From Macrostomum lignano (lineage: Eukaryota), in assembly GCA_002269645.1 (NCBI GenBank), contig NIVC01002621.1:92318-156317 (forward strand): a DNA stretch of 64,000 nt. Reading direction: 5' to 3'. Each line of letters starts with the position of its first letter. The stretch's first letter is position 1. The translations under genes were made by a program, and so were the position numbers. The notes under the pieces were generated by a model. It did no database searches. It saw only the letters and a program-made list of their open reading frames with translations, and was not told where the DNA came from. This document shows positions 26,110 to 38,554 of the stretch, in pieces.

Positions 26110-27000
26110 CCATAGACTACCACACCATATATTACTGCAACATAGACTACCACAGCATAAACTACCACACCATAGACTACACACCATTTACAACCACACT
26201 ATGGATTACCACAAAATACACTGCCACACCATAAACTACCTACCACACCACAGACTACCGCACCATAGACTACTACACCATAGACTTACTACACCATAGA
26301 TTACTGCACCATAGACTACCACACCACAGACTACCACACCACAGACTACCACACCATAGACTACCACACCACAGACTACCACACCACAGACTACCACACC
26401 AGAGACTACCACACCACAGACTACTACACCATAGACTACCACACCATAGGCTACCACACCATAGACTACCACACCATCGGCTACCACACTACCACACCAT
26501 AGACTATCATACCATCGGCTACCACACCATCGGCTACCACACCATAGACTACCACACCATCGGCTACCATACCATATACTACCACACCATAGACTACCAC
26601 ACCATCGGCTACCACACTACCACACCATAGACTATCATACCATCGGCTACCACACCATCGGCTACCACACCATAGACTACCACACCATCGGCTACCATAC
26701 CATATACTACCACACCATAGACTACCACACCATCGGCTACCACACTACCACACCATAGACTATCATACCATCGGCTACCACACCATCGGCTACCACACCA
26801 TAGACTACCACACCATCGGCTACCATACCATATACTACCACACCATAGACTACCATACCATATACTACCACACCATAGACTACCACACCATCGGCAACCA
26901 TACCATAGACTACCACACCATAGACTGCTACACCATCGGCTACCATACCATAGACTACCACATCATAGACTACTACACCACAGACTACCGCACCATAGAG
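26110..27000. repeat. 15-bp minisatellite (CCACACCATAGACTA) with higher-order variant blocks
   Basis: About 58 units; same core as the arrays at 29470 and 31190. Confidence 0.92.
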
Positions 27001-27463
27001 TAGCTTTAGGATGTGGTGCGCAATAGCAGGGAGGCTGGCTGTAATAAATTTTAGTTATTTACCAACCCGAACAGAAGACAGACATCACTCAAAGATCCTG
27101 CTTAAAACACTGTCCCCTGCACTGGACAATCTTTTAGAGAATGTAGGGCAGCTAAATCATCATCAGCTAAAAGACATAAAGGTTTCTTCTGCTTTATAAA
27201 AATAGAATTCAATTGTGCGCAGTTTGGCCTAGAACTGCTTCAGGCCTAACGAGCAGAAGAGAAGAACAGTTAGATCAATAATGCTAAATTGAAACAGGTA
27301 ATGCAAGAATAGCAGGCAAATGCAGCCGTTTTTCTTGGGATTCCAACCATGTAGCGACACCGCAAGCATCGGTCCTTAAAAGCAGCATCTTTTCTGCGTC
27401 ACCTATTAGTGCGCCGAGGCACACTGGGATTCTTCCGCGTTCGCAGGAGAAACTTCTTGAAGG

Positions 27464-30400
27464 TTAGAAGCATTTTGCGTGGAATTGGCAGCAGCAACTG
27501 GGCTGTGGGGGGGGAGGCATGCGAGCGACTCTCGGTGGGAAATAACAGTCTGCGCACTTAACAGATTCGGCAGAGATTGGTAGTCCATGAACTGGAGATC
27601 CCAGGCTAAGATAGCCAAAGTCTTGAAAAAGTAAATAGAAAAACAGATTGACCAGGAATGCACGGCTCATCTCTTGTGTCCGTGAATGAATGATTCTTTT
27701 CTAAATGTGTGACAGCTTCCTTTCGTGTACGCTCTGGACAGTGCAATATTCTTGTACATTCTAGACAGTGCCATATTCTTGTACATTCTGGACAGTGCCA
27801 TATTCTTGTACATTCTAGACAGTGCCATATTCTTGTACATTCTAGACAGTGCCATATTCTTGTACATTCTAGACAGTGCCATATTCTTGTACATTCTAGA
27901 CAGTGCCATATTCTTGTACATTCTAGACAGTGCCATATTCTTGTACATTCTAGACAGTGCCATATTCTTGTACATTCTAGACAGTGCCATATTCTTGTAC
28001 ATTCTAGACAGTGCCATATTCTTGTACATTCTAGACAGTGCCATATTCTTGTACATTCTAGACAGTGCCATATTCTTGTACATTCTAGACAGTGCCATAT
28101 TCTTGTACATTCTAGACAGTGCCATATTCTTGTACATTCTAGACAGTGCCATATTCTTGTACATTCTGACAGTGCCATATTCTGTACACTCTAGACAGTG
28201 CCATATTCTTGTACATTCTAGACAGTGCCATATTCTTGTACATTCTGACAGTGCCATATTCTTGTACATTCTAGACAGTGCCATATTCTTGTACATTCTA
28301 GACAGTGCCATATTCTTGTACATTCTAGACAGTGCCATATTCTTGTACATTCTGGACAGTGCCATATTCCTGTACATTCTAGACAGTGCCATATTCTTGT
28401 ACATTCTAGACAGTGCCATATTCTTGTACATTCTAGACAGTGCCATATTCTTGTACATTCTAGACAGTGCCATATTCTTGTACATTCTAGACAGTGCCAT
28501 ATTCTTGTACATTCTAGACAGTGCCATATTCTTGTACATTCTAGACAGTGCCATATTCTTGTACATTCTAGACAGTGCCATATTCTTGTACATTCTAGAC
28601 AGTGCCATATTCTTGTACATTCTAGACAGTGCCATATTCTTGTACATTCTAGACAGTGCCATATTCTTGTACATTCTAGACAGTGCCATATTCTTGTACA
28701 TTCTAGACAGTGCCATATTCTTGTACATTCTAGACAGTGCCATATTCTTGTACATTCTAGACAGTGCCATATTCTTGTACACTCTAGACAGTGCCATATT
28801 CTTGTACACTCTAGACAGTGCCATATTCTTGTACACTCTAGACAGTGCCATATTCTTGTACACTCTAGACAGTGCCATATTCTTGTACATTCTAGACAGT
28901 GCCATATTCTTGTACATTCTAGACAGTGCCATATTCTGTACATTCTAGACAGTGCCATATTCTTGTACATTCTAGACAGTGCCATATTCTTGTACATTCT
29001 AGACAGTGCCATATTCTTGTACATTCTAGACAGTGCCATATTCTTGTACATTCTAGACAGTGCCATATTCTTGTACATTCTAGACAGTGCCATATTCTTG
29101 TACATTCTAGACAGTGCCATTTTGGGCAGGCACTACCTAAGCAGAAACTGAGCTCATGCTCAACAAGAGCAGAGTTACACACTCGAGTGCCAACCAGAAT
29201 TCAACAACCCGATTTTCGTTGGAAATCTGAGTCGAAGCTTTCAGTGCGTGAGACTTCGAGTCTAAAATCGAAGCCGCTCCGACGCTTTGTGTCCAAAATC
29301 CAGGTGGCTGGGGTTCTTTTTGAAAAGCAAACTGCATCCGAAATAAATGAGTGCAGGCAGCGTTTGGCAGTAGAAATTGGAACCGCGACCGAATAAGTTA
29401 CACTATAGCCGTACCACTCATACACTACCTCAATAGAATGACATGTCAACCCCATAGACACCCTACCCCACACTACCACACCATCGACTACCACATCATA
29501 AGCTAAGCTACCACACCATAGACTACCGCATCATAAGCTGAGCTACCACACCATAGACTACCACATCATAAGCTAAGCTACCACACCATAGACTACCGCA
29601 TCATAAGCTGAGCTACCACACCATAGACTACCACATCATAAGCTGAGCTACCACACCATAGACTACCACATCATAAGCTAAGCTACCACACCATAGACTA
29701 GCGGCGCATCATAAGCTGAAGCTACCTCACCATAGACTACCGCATAATGAACTGAAGCTACCTCACCATAGACTACCGCATAATGAACTGAAGCTACCAC
29801 ACCATAGACTACCGCATAATGGACTGAAGCTACCACACCATAGACTACCGCATAATGGACTGAAGCTACCACACCATAGACTACCGCATAATGAACTGAA
29901 GCTACCACACCATAGACTACCGCATAATGGACTGAAGCTACCACACCATAGACTACCGCATAATGGACTGAAGCTACCACACCATAGACTACCGCATAAT
30001 GGACTGAAGCTACCACACCATAGACTACCGCATAATGGACTGAAGCTACCACACCATAGACTACCGCATAATGGACTGAAGCTACCACACCATAGACTAC
30101 CGCATAATGAACTGAAGCTACCTCACCATAGACTACCGCATAATGAACTGAAGCTACCACACCATAGACTACCGCATAATGGACTGAAGCTACCACACCA
30201 TAGACTACCGCATAATGGACTGAAGCTACCACACCATAGACTACCGCATAATGAACTGAAGCTACCACACCATAGACTACCGCATAATGGACTGAAGCTA
30301 CCACACCATAGACTACCGCATAATGGACTGAAGCTACCACACCATAGACTACCGCATAATGGACTGAAGCTACCACACCATAGACTACCGCATAATGGAC

Positions 30401-33110
30401 TGAAGCTACCACACCATAGACTACTGCATCATAATCTGAGCTATAACTCTCATATACTAAATAGACTACTAATCTGTACACTACATCAGACTACCACACT
30501 GCAGACAGCCAACGGCGAGTTCAATTCTTAACACGCCGACTCTCAGCAACTAATCTACAGGGAAAAAGGATAACAGACTCTGATACAGAAAAAGCCATCA
30601 ACAAAATCAGCCTGATCGATAATCAGATCACGAATCGGGCCAGTACCCCCCCCCCTAGCAACGGAGGATCGGGAAGCCACAGCCAGCCGCATCAGATTCT
30701 CTCCCGGTCTCCCACCCCCGCACCCAAAGCGTGGGAGAAATCTCCCATCAGTAGGTACCGGGAAGAAACTGTGGGCCCAGCTACAGCTAGAGGCGGAGGG
30801 ATTAAGCCTTGGCGGCCTGGTCAGTGTTTATCCGGGGCGTCGGCCCTGCCCAGCGCCATCGCAGCGCATCGCAAATCCGCATTTTTAGGAACGATGGGAA
30901 AACCCTGTTTGAGGTGTGATTAATTTTGACAAGCCAGTTGCTAAGCGAGGGTGCCAGCATAAGGTTGAGAGGAAAAGTTTCAGTCTAGACTTGAGACTTG
31001 GTTTATTGCTTACGATTGCTTGGTTTATGCAGAAGTCCTTTTGAAGAGAAATCTGCTTAAAGTGTTGGCAGTAGGCATTGGCAGTAGGAAGTAGGAATTG
31101 GAACCGCGACCGAATAAGTTACACTATAGCCGTACCACTCATACACTACCTCAATAGAATGACGCGTCTTAACCCCATAGACACCCCACCCCACACTACC
31201 ACACCATAGACTACCGCATCATAAGCTGAGCTACCACACCATAGACTACCACATCATAAGCTAAGCTACCACACCATACACTACCACATCATAAGCTAAG
31301 CTACCACACCATAGACTACCACATCATAAGTTGTTTAGAAGTTGTTTAGAAGTTGTTTAGATTCTAGTGTTTAGAAGTTATTATAATTATAAAATTGGGA
31401 TTTGGTATTCGAAATTCGGGTTTTGGGGAAGGTCTTGCCAAGGGGTCGCCATCATAAGCTCGAAAAATCACATCGTCGAAAACAAGGCTCCATCACAAGC
31501 TGGAAAAGTCACAAGCTCGAAAAATCACATCGTCGAAAACTGATTTAGCAGCCACCATCACAAGCTCGAAAAGTCATAAGCTCGAAAAATCATAACGTCG
31601 AAAAGTTTAGCAACCACCATCACAAGCTCGAAAAGTCATAAGCTCGAAAAATCACATCGTCGAAAACTGATTTAGCAACCACCATCACAAGCTCGAAAAG
31701 TCATAAGCTCGAAAAATCACATCGTCGAAAACTGATTTAGCAGCCACCATCACAAGCTCGAAAAGTCATAAGCTCGAAAAATCACATCGTCGAAAAGTTT
31801 AGCAACCATCATCACAAGCTCGAAAAGGCACAAGCTCTAACCCTAACCCCAAGGCACTAACCCTAAGGCACCAGTACCCTAGCCTAACCCTGAACCATAA
31901 CCCTAACCCCAACCCTAACCTAACCCTAACCTTAAGGCACAAGTTCTAACCCCAACCCTATTCAAGCTTGTGATGGTGGTTGCTAACCTTTTCGACAACG
32001 TGACTTTTCGAGCTTGTGAATTTTTGAGCTTTTGATGGTGGTTGCTAAACTTTTCGACGATATGATTTTTCGAGCTTATGACTTTTCGAGCTTATGACTT
32101 TTCAAGCTTGTGATGGTGGTTGCTAAATCAGTTTTCGACGATGTGATTTTTCGAGCTTATGACTTTTCGAGCTTGTGATGGTGGTTGCTAAATTTTTAGA
32201 CGATGTGATTTTTCGAGCTTGTGATGGTGGATGCTTTTCGACGATGTGATTTTTCGAGCTTGTGATGGGCCCCCTTGCCAAGGACTACCAGAAGTACGGG
32301 ACACTCTGTTTCTTGAAATTGGTCGAAGTATAAAAGCTCCAAAATGACACCCCTTGGTATTTTATTCCTTGAAAATTTCGAATAAAAACGCAACAATGAT
32401 CCCCAAGAAGACTTCTGCAGAGATCCGGGCCCCAGCTCACCGGACTCGGTGACCCGGCTGTCCTCGCACTCGGCCAGGCGGGGAAGTTCCTCCCGCCGCA
32501 GGCAGGACCAGCGCTTGTCATCGGTGATGTACCATTCGTCGAAGATGAAAAAGTCATCGTCAATGTAGGGCACGTCGTAATCGACCGACAGTCGGCCGTC
32601 GACTTTGCACGGGGTGACGGAGTCGGGGAACATGTGGTCGTCATTGACAACGCAGCAGGCGGCTGTCCGGGCCACCAGGCAGCGGATCTGCTCGTCCGTC
32701 TTGCTGGGCAGCTCGCTGACGTCGGCGTCAAAGGCTGGGGAGCGCTTCATCCCGCCGAGGCCGCCGCCCCCTCCTCCACCGAAAGTGGCCGATTCTTCGT
32801 CCGGCGGAGGCAGCAGCTTGTACATGTAGGCCGCCGAGGTGGAGCCTTCATCTCTCCTGGACAGGCCCGGCTCGGCCACCTCGGCAGCGTCCGCATCCGC
32901 CTCGGCGTCCGGCTCCACCACAGCTGGCGGTGCAGGCGTTGAACCCGAGGGCTCAGCCGCGCCAGTCGCCGATATCGACGTCAAATGATTCGCCGAGTCG
33001 TCCGATTTTGCTTTGAATCGACGCTTCCGACGATGCTGCTGCTGCTGCTGCGATGGCGCTGGCAGCGGCTGCTGGCCCTGACGGTCGCTGTTCGCCTGCT
33101 GGTTGCCCAT
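27464..33110 (-). CDS. Hypothetical protein (~275 aa), N-terminal MGNQQ (possible N-myristoylation), Cys-rich C-terminus
   Basis: GC-rich exon 33110-32441 ends at the donor G|GTGAGC (phase 1). The best downstream phase-compatible acceptor is TTTTCTATTTACTTTTTCAAG| giving exon 27621-27464 (..ES-DFGYLSLGSP..SCCCQFHAKCF*). An upstream acceptor lies at 33146. The first exon is well supported; the exon join is inferred. Confidence 0.55.
27735..29119. repeat. Highly homogeneous 27-bp minisatellite (TCTAGACAGTGCCATATTCTTGTACAT)
   Basis: About 51 near-identical units; source of the MALSRMYKN-type spurious ORFs. Confidence 0.95.
29470..30440. repeat. 35/36-bp minisatellite derived from the 15-bp CCACACCATAGACTA core
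   Basis: 35-bp units (..TCATAAGCTAAGCTA) grade into ~20 36-bp units (..TAATGGACTGAAGCTA). Confidence 0.92.
31443..32273. mobile_element. ~830-bp foldback (Mutator/FB-like) element with modular inverted arms and a telomere-like core
   Basis: Left arm 31443-31835 and right arm ~31962-32273 are inverted arrays of ~62-65-bp modules (CCACCATCACAAGCTCGAAAA..). The central 31836-31960 is degenerate (CCCTAA)n. The flanking direct repeat CTTGCCAAG(G) lies at 31434 and 32274. Confidence 0.8.
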
Positions 33111-34149
33111 GCCGAACTGCGGCCGACGCCTTCGCCTCCAGGAAGCTGGCGATGTCGGGAGAAGGAGAGACAGCAAAGCTCAAGACGGCTCACTCAGAAC
33201 TTTATAAAACTGCTTCCCCTGTGTTTCAATTGCAGAAGCAGCCCTTGCTTGGCCAGCTATGAGAATTCTGATCTTCACGGAATGCAGACTTCAGCGCTGT
33301 GACATGCCTGAACAACTGCGGTTTTTTATGTCCACCGGCTGAGCCTCTCTGGGCCTTGACTGTCGCCTTTACTTTTTCTTACTCTGCCTGGCTCTATTTC
33401 TGTCTCGCTGCAGGGTTCTGGCAGCTTGTCCCGCAGCGACAGCCCCACGCCGAGGCCCCCCTTAAGCTTGCACCGCTCCCTGCAGTGCGCGCACCCACGC
33501 CGCCCCTCCCCCTCCTCTCCGCATTTCCTCCCTCTGCTCAGCTCCAACGTTCGGGGATTAGGCCGTTCGCGATCCCCAGGGCTGGTCAGAGCGCCGCGTT
33601 CTGCCGCGCGCGGTCCGACTCCCCCTCCGCTGGGAAGCCTCGCCCACTAATTCCCCTCTGATCGATGGGGAAGCCAGAGAAGAAGAGGGAGAGAGGAAGA
33701 GGAGGAGGGTGAGCCCCTATAATCCCATCTGCCTCTTCTCTCTTCCCCTTCCATTTCATCCCCTATTGCAGCGTTCGCGCCTGCCCCCCCTCACGGCTTC
33801 CTCCCGCAGCGGACCCGGGATTGCCGGAGCGTGAATTCCCCTGCCTTCGTAGATTCCCTGCTCTCTCCCGTGCCCCTCTCTCCGCTGCACAGTGCGCTGG
33901 GCTGGGGGGGTCTGGGTGAAGGTGAACACAGAGAGGACTGGAGGGAGAGGGGAACAGCGGAACAAGCCGCACCTGTGTCAGAATCCTAGTTGACATATTT
34001 AAAGAGTTTTTACAGACTACTGGGTAAGCAACCCATTGTGCGATTTAGAAAAAGCTCGTCTGTTTCTGGCTGAATGTACGAAGTTGTACACAGAGGCTCA
34101 ACAAGTTTATACAGACAGTACACGTATGTGCTAGGAGTGGGATTTTGGA

Positions 34150-34320
34150 ATTGAACTTCTCTGTACCCCAAAATTAGGTGTGGGATTTTGGATTGACCTT
34201 CCCTGTTCCCCAAAATTAGGTGTGGGAATTATTTGATTGACCTTCACTGTTTCCAAAATTAGGTATGGGATTTTGGGATTGACCTTCTCTGCTCCCCAAA
34301 GTTAGGGGTTGGATTTTGGA
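34150..34320. repeat. ~44-bp tandem repeat (CCCCAAAATTAGGTGTGGGATTTTGGATTGACC..)
   Basis: About 4 imperfect copies. Confidence 0.75.
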
Positions 34321-35036
34321 ATCGACCTGAATTTCATTTTTTATAATCGCTTTGATTTTTTTATTAATACCCAAGCAGCGAATACCAATGAGATGATGGG
34401 CTTAAATAAACTGGGAGGCTGGATGGATGAGCTTCATCCCCAAAATCGAGCCAGAGAACCTACCCTACCCTCCTCCCTGCCCCACGCACAAGCCTCCCCA
34501 GTGCAGGGGGGCGATCTGAGATTACGTCATCGCAGCAGAGAAAGTCTCCCACACAGTGCACACTGGGCAGGGACATTCGACCACGTCAGAGTCTGAGGCG
34601 GCTACTCCAGATGGCGCTCGCCAAGAAGTCGTGTGAAAAGGTGAGACGCCTCGCCCTGCCCGGATGAAGAGTCTGCGGCAGCTGGACCGCAGTTGATGAG
34701 GAGCCGCAGCCGCCCCCCCCCATTCCCAGATCTGGGATCCTGCGGAGCGAAGGAGGCGGTGACTAAGAACGCTGCTGTAGTGAGACAGCAAAGGGGCAGG
34801 CAGGCAAAGTGATGGAGGAAGCGGAAAACTCAATTACTCCCCTCTCTCCTCTTTGCCTCTACTCTGCTTTGGGATTTCCCTTCGGGCAAGGGGAAGAAGC
34901 AGGCCGACATTCCGAGACGGCTGGGTCCCAATCCCGATCTAATGCCGCTGGATAAGATGGATAAAAATATAAAATATATGGAATTAAAATCTTAAAAGCC
35001 AGTCTTTGAAAGATAATAACGCCAGTACCGAAATCT

Positions 35037-35220
35037 GGGGGCAGATGGGTGTTATGAGATGAGTGTCATATGGGGGCAGATGGGTGCTATGAGATGAGTG
35101 TCATATGGGGGCAGATGGGTGTTATGAGATGAGTGTCATATGGGGGCAGATGGGTGTTATGAGATGAGTGTCATATGGGGGCAGATGGGTGTTATGAGAT
35201 GAATGCCATATGGTGTCAGA
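35037..35220. repeat. 35-bp minisatellite (GGGGGCAGATGGGTGTTATGAGATGAGTGTCATAT), decaying 3'-ward
   Basis: About 5 copies. Confidence 0.85.
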
Positions 35221-36649
35221 TGAGTGTCATAAGGTGTCATAAAGTGTCCTACAGTGTCAAATGAGTGTCATACAGTGTCAGATGGTGTCAGATGGTGTCA
35301 TATGAGTGTCATGAGATGAGTTTCACATGCTATCAGATAAGTGTCAGACAGGGTCAGACTTCTGCCGTGTGCGGTGTCACTCACAGCAATTACTCACATG
35401 GCGCTACTTGCATCAGTTCGCGGCCTCCCTGCAGTCCCACCCAGATTAACTCCCGAAATTCTGAAGGCTCACCGCAGTCGGCAGCGCTCAGCATCAGCAC
35501 GCAGCACACGATGCCGCCGCCGCCGAAGGCCCCAGAGCTGCAGCGGCTCCAGCCAACGCGGCAAAGTCCGGCCTCACGGCGCCGGTGCCCAGCCCCCGGC
35601 AGCGCCAGCAGTCGGCGACGGCGCCACTTCGCCACCAGGCCGGTGCGGCGCGACTGGCGCGACTTCGCTAATGGGATTTCGGGGATTCAGAAATTATCCT
35701 GCGGAGCTTGGGATATTGCGATTATTAGAAAGTAGATGTCACGGAAGCTACTCAGCAGTAGCATACCAAGCAAATAATGCTCTAAACCTAAAGAAAATTA
35801 CTAAAGGGAATTAGAAATCCAGGACCCAAACGAATCTGAGATGGTCTTTGCAAAGCTGCTCAAAGAAATCTGAATTGAAGCTCAGGGATTTACAAGTGTC
35901 AGATGAGGATCTAAGCTTTCAGAACAGTATTAAGCAATATTAAAGCGCTCACCAAAGCCAGGCTTCATTCGCGGACTGAATCGGGGCGTCAAAAATATGG
36001 AGAAAGGAGAGACCGAAGAAATGAAGTAGCGACTTCCGGACGGCTCACTTGTGCCATATATATATCTTATATGCAGCAGCCAGAGGCGCTCTGACAGAAG
36101 CCCCCCCAAGTCCCAGGGGAGGAGTTCTTCCTGCATTATTCCATTCCCAGGCCACCAAGGCCGGCGGGCAATTAAAAATCTGAGGAGCGACATCGATCGG
36201 CCATCAGCTGGCTGGGGCCGCGTTAGCGACTCAAAGCATTGCAGAGGATCAGCAAAGTCGGCGAGGAGAAGGAAAAATGCAGAACACAATTGATAAGGCG
36301 AATGGAGCTGCGCTGACTTGGGGCTCGAATCCCGGTCGCGTTCCTCGCGGCGACACAAGGAAAATCGATTAGCGGACTCGAAGACTCCCCGTGCCTCGTC
36401 ATAGGGGTCTCAAATCCCGCAATCTGCATTTCCACACAGCCAGTCAGAGCGATTATTCGGGGAAAATAATTAAGGCGAATCAATAGGATCTTTTTATTTT
36501 CACCAGAGTTAATTGAAACTAATATTTATAATACACAGCTTGTATATATTTACACTGCAATATTAATAAGATTTGAGTCGATTACGAGTATTTAAGACAA
36601 ATGCTGGTGGGAATTCGCAATGATTACCAGTTGGAGAGCACAAGGAATT

Positions 36650-37282
36650 AGAGTGACAGGCACACAGGGGTAAGGAGTGACAGACACAGGGGTAAGGAGT
36701 GACAGGCACACAGGGGTAATAGTGACAGACACACAGGGGTAAGGAGTGACAGGCACACAGGGGTAAGGAGTGACAGGCACACAGGGGTAAGGAGTGACAG
36801 GCACACAGGGGTAAGGAGTGACAGGCACACAGGGGTAAGGAGTGACAGACACACAGGGGTAAGGAGTGACAGGCACACAGGGGTAAGGAGTGACAGGCAC
36901 ACAGGGGTAATAGTGACAGACACACAGGGGTAAGAAGTGACAGGCACACAGGGGTAAGGAGTGACAGACACACATGGGTAAGGAGTGACAGACACACAAG
37001 GGTAAGGAGTGACAGACACACAAGGGTAAGGAGTGACAGACACACAAGGGTAAGGAGTGACAGGCACACAGGGGTAATAGTGACAGACACACAGGGGTAA
37101 GGAGTGACAGGCACACAGGGGTAAGGAGTGACAGACACACATGGGTAAGGAGTGACAGACACACAAGGGTAAGGAGTGACAGACACACAAGGGTAAGGAG
37201 TGACAGACACACAAGGGTAAGGAGTGACAGACACACATGGGTAAGGAGTGACAGACACACAAGGGTAAGGAGTGACAGACAG
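36650..37282. repeat. 24-bp minisatellite (CACACAGGGGTAAGGAGTGACAGG), probably inside the YEATS4 3' UTR
   Basis: About 26 copies between the stop (37322) and the next minus-strand AATAAA (36493-36498). Confidence 0.9.
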
Positions 37283-37321
37283 AGGCAGGTTCAAGGCGAA
37301 TCCCAGGCTCAAAGTCGGCTG

Positions 37322-37874
37322 TCAGTCAGCGCCGGCAGCGGCGGAAGCGGCGCCCTCCAGCCGGGCCACCATGGCCTTGAGCCGGTCAGCCGCATCCCGC
37401 CGCTTCCGAATGACATCCTTGAGCAGGTCCAGCTCGGCCTTGAGCTCCCGCCGGCCGGAGCGGACCATTTCAAGGTCGCGCAGCTTTTTAGCCGCGTAGT
37501 CAACACCGACGGCGCTGCCCCAGTGTCGGTCGGAGCGGCAGAGGCGCGGCGCAGTCAGCAGGTCGTACGTGGCCTTGGTCGGCTCGTTGAACACCAGCTC
37601 ATCGTAGAGCTCCACCTGGCGTGCGGGCGGGAGGCTTTCTGTACCTGTCTGTCTGTTTGTCTCGTGTTTGTGAGTCTGTCTGTCTGTCTGTCTGTCTCAG
37701 TTTGTCTGTCTCTCTGTCTGTCTGTCTGTATTAGTGTCTGTCAGCCTGTCTGTCTGTCTGTCTGTCTTTCTTAGTATCTATCTGCCTGTCTGTCTGTCTG
37801 TCTGTATGTCTTTCTTAGTATCTATCTGCCTGTCTGTCTGTCTGTCTGTATGTCTTTCTTAGTATCTATCTGCC

Positions 37875-37947
<73 letters not shown>

Positions 37948-37973
37948 ATCTGTCTGTCTGTCTGTTTGTCAGC

Positions 37974-38007
<34 letters not shown>

Positions 38008-38409
38008 CTCTGCCTACCAACTCACTGTCAAGGCCGTCCTCCCAGTGGTGACATCCGGATTCCGTTGATCGAACAGTTTCAACAAGTGAAACAGGGTCAC
38101 CGGTTTCTCGGCTGGGTCATGCCAGACCAGCCTGATTGACAGTTCGAATTCGCCCCAGCCGGTCTCGGTGAGTTCGTAGGGCGGCTCCGTCACGGTGCGC
38201 ACGGGGTTGGCGTAGCTCTCGTGCAGCTTGAATTGTACGTGTCGCACGTAGGCGGACATGCAGTCGTTCACGGCTGGCCGGATGTACACCGTCCACTCGT
38301 GCGTGTGCCCGTCTTCGTCCCGTTTCCGGCCGAGAAAACGGGCGGAATTGCCATAGACTATGGGCTTCACCACGCTGGCGTTCTTGACGCGACCTGACAC
38401 GACCTCGGC
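37322..38409 (-). CDS. YEATS4: YEATS domain-containing protein 4 (GAS41/Yaf9), ~226 aa
   Basis: Exons 38409-38026 and 37615-37322 (GT-AG, phase 0; the intron is (TCTG)n-rich). Motifs [70 protein letters not shown], and a C-terminal coiled coil. No in-frame ATG upstream (in-frame TAA at 38472-38470). Confidence 0.92.
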
Positions 38410-38554
38410 CTGCACAGGGTGCGCGTTGGTTGCGGGGATAAGTTTGGGAACATTTGGCTGGCTTGCGACTTATTTACAGGTGACCAAGCACCTGATAATT
38501 GCTTCTGATTGAAAGGTATTGGGTAGCCTGCGATCCACTATATCAAAGATAAGT

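Noticed and set aside
27606-29182. ORFs up to 421 aa (MALSRMYKN)n, (LDSAIFLYI)n
   Set aside because: Artefacts of the 27-bp array; open on both strands.
29201-29310. Alternative phase-1 last exon for the MGNQQ gene (ATWILDTKRRSGFDF..KSGC*)
   Set aside because: The acceptor is much weaker than the one at 27622. Not excluded without RNA data.
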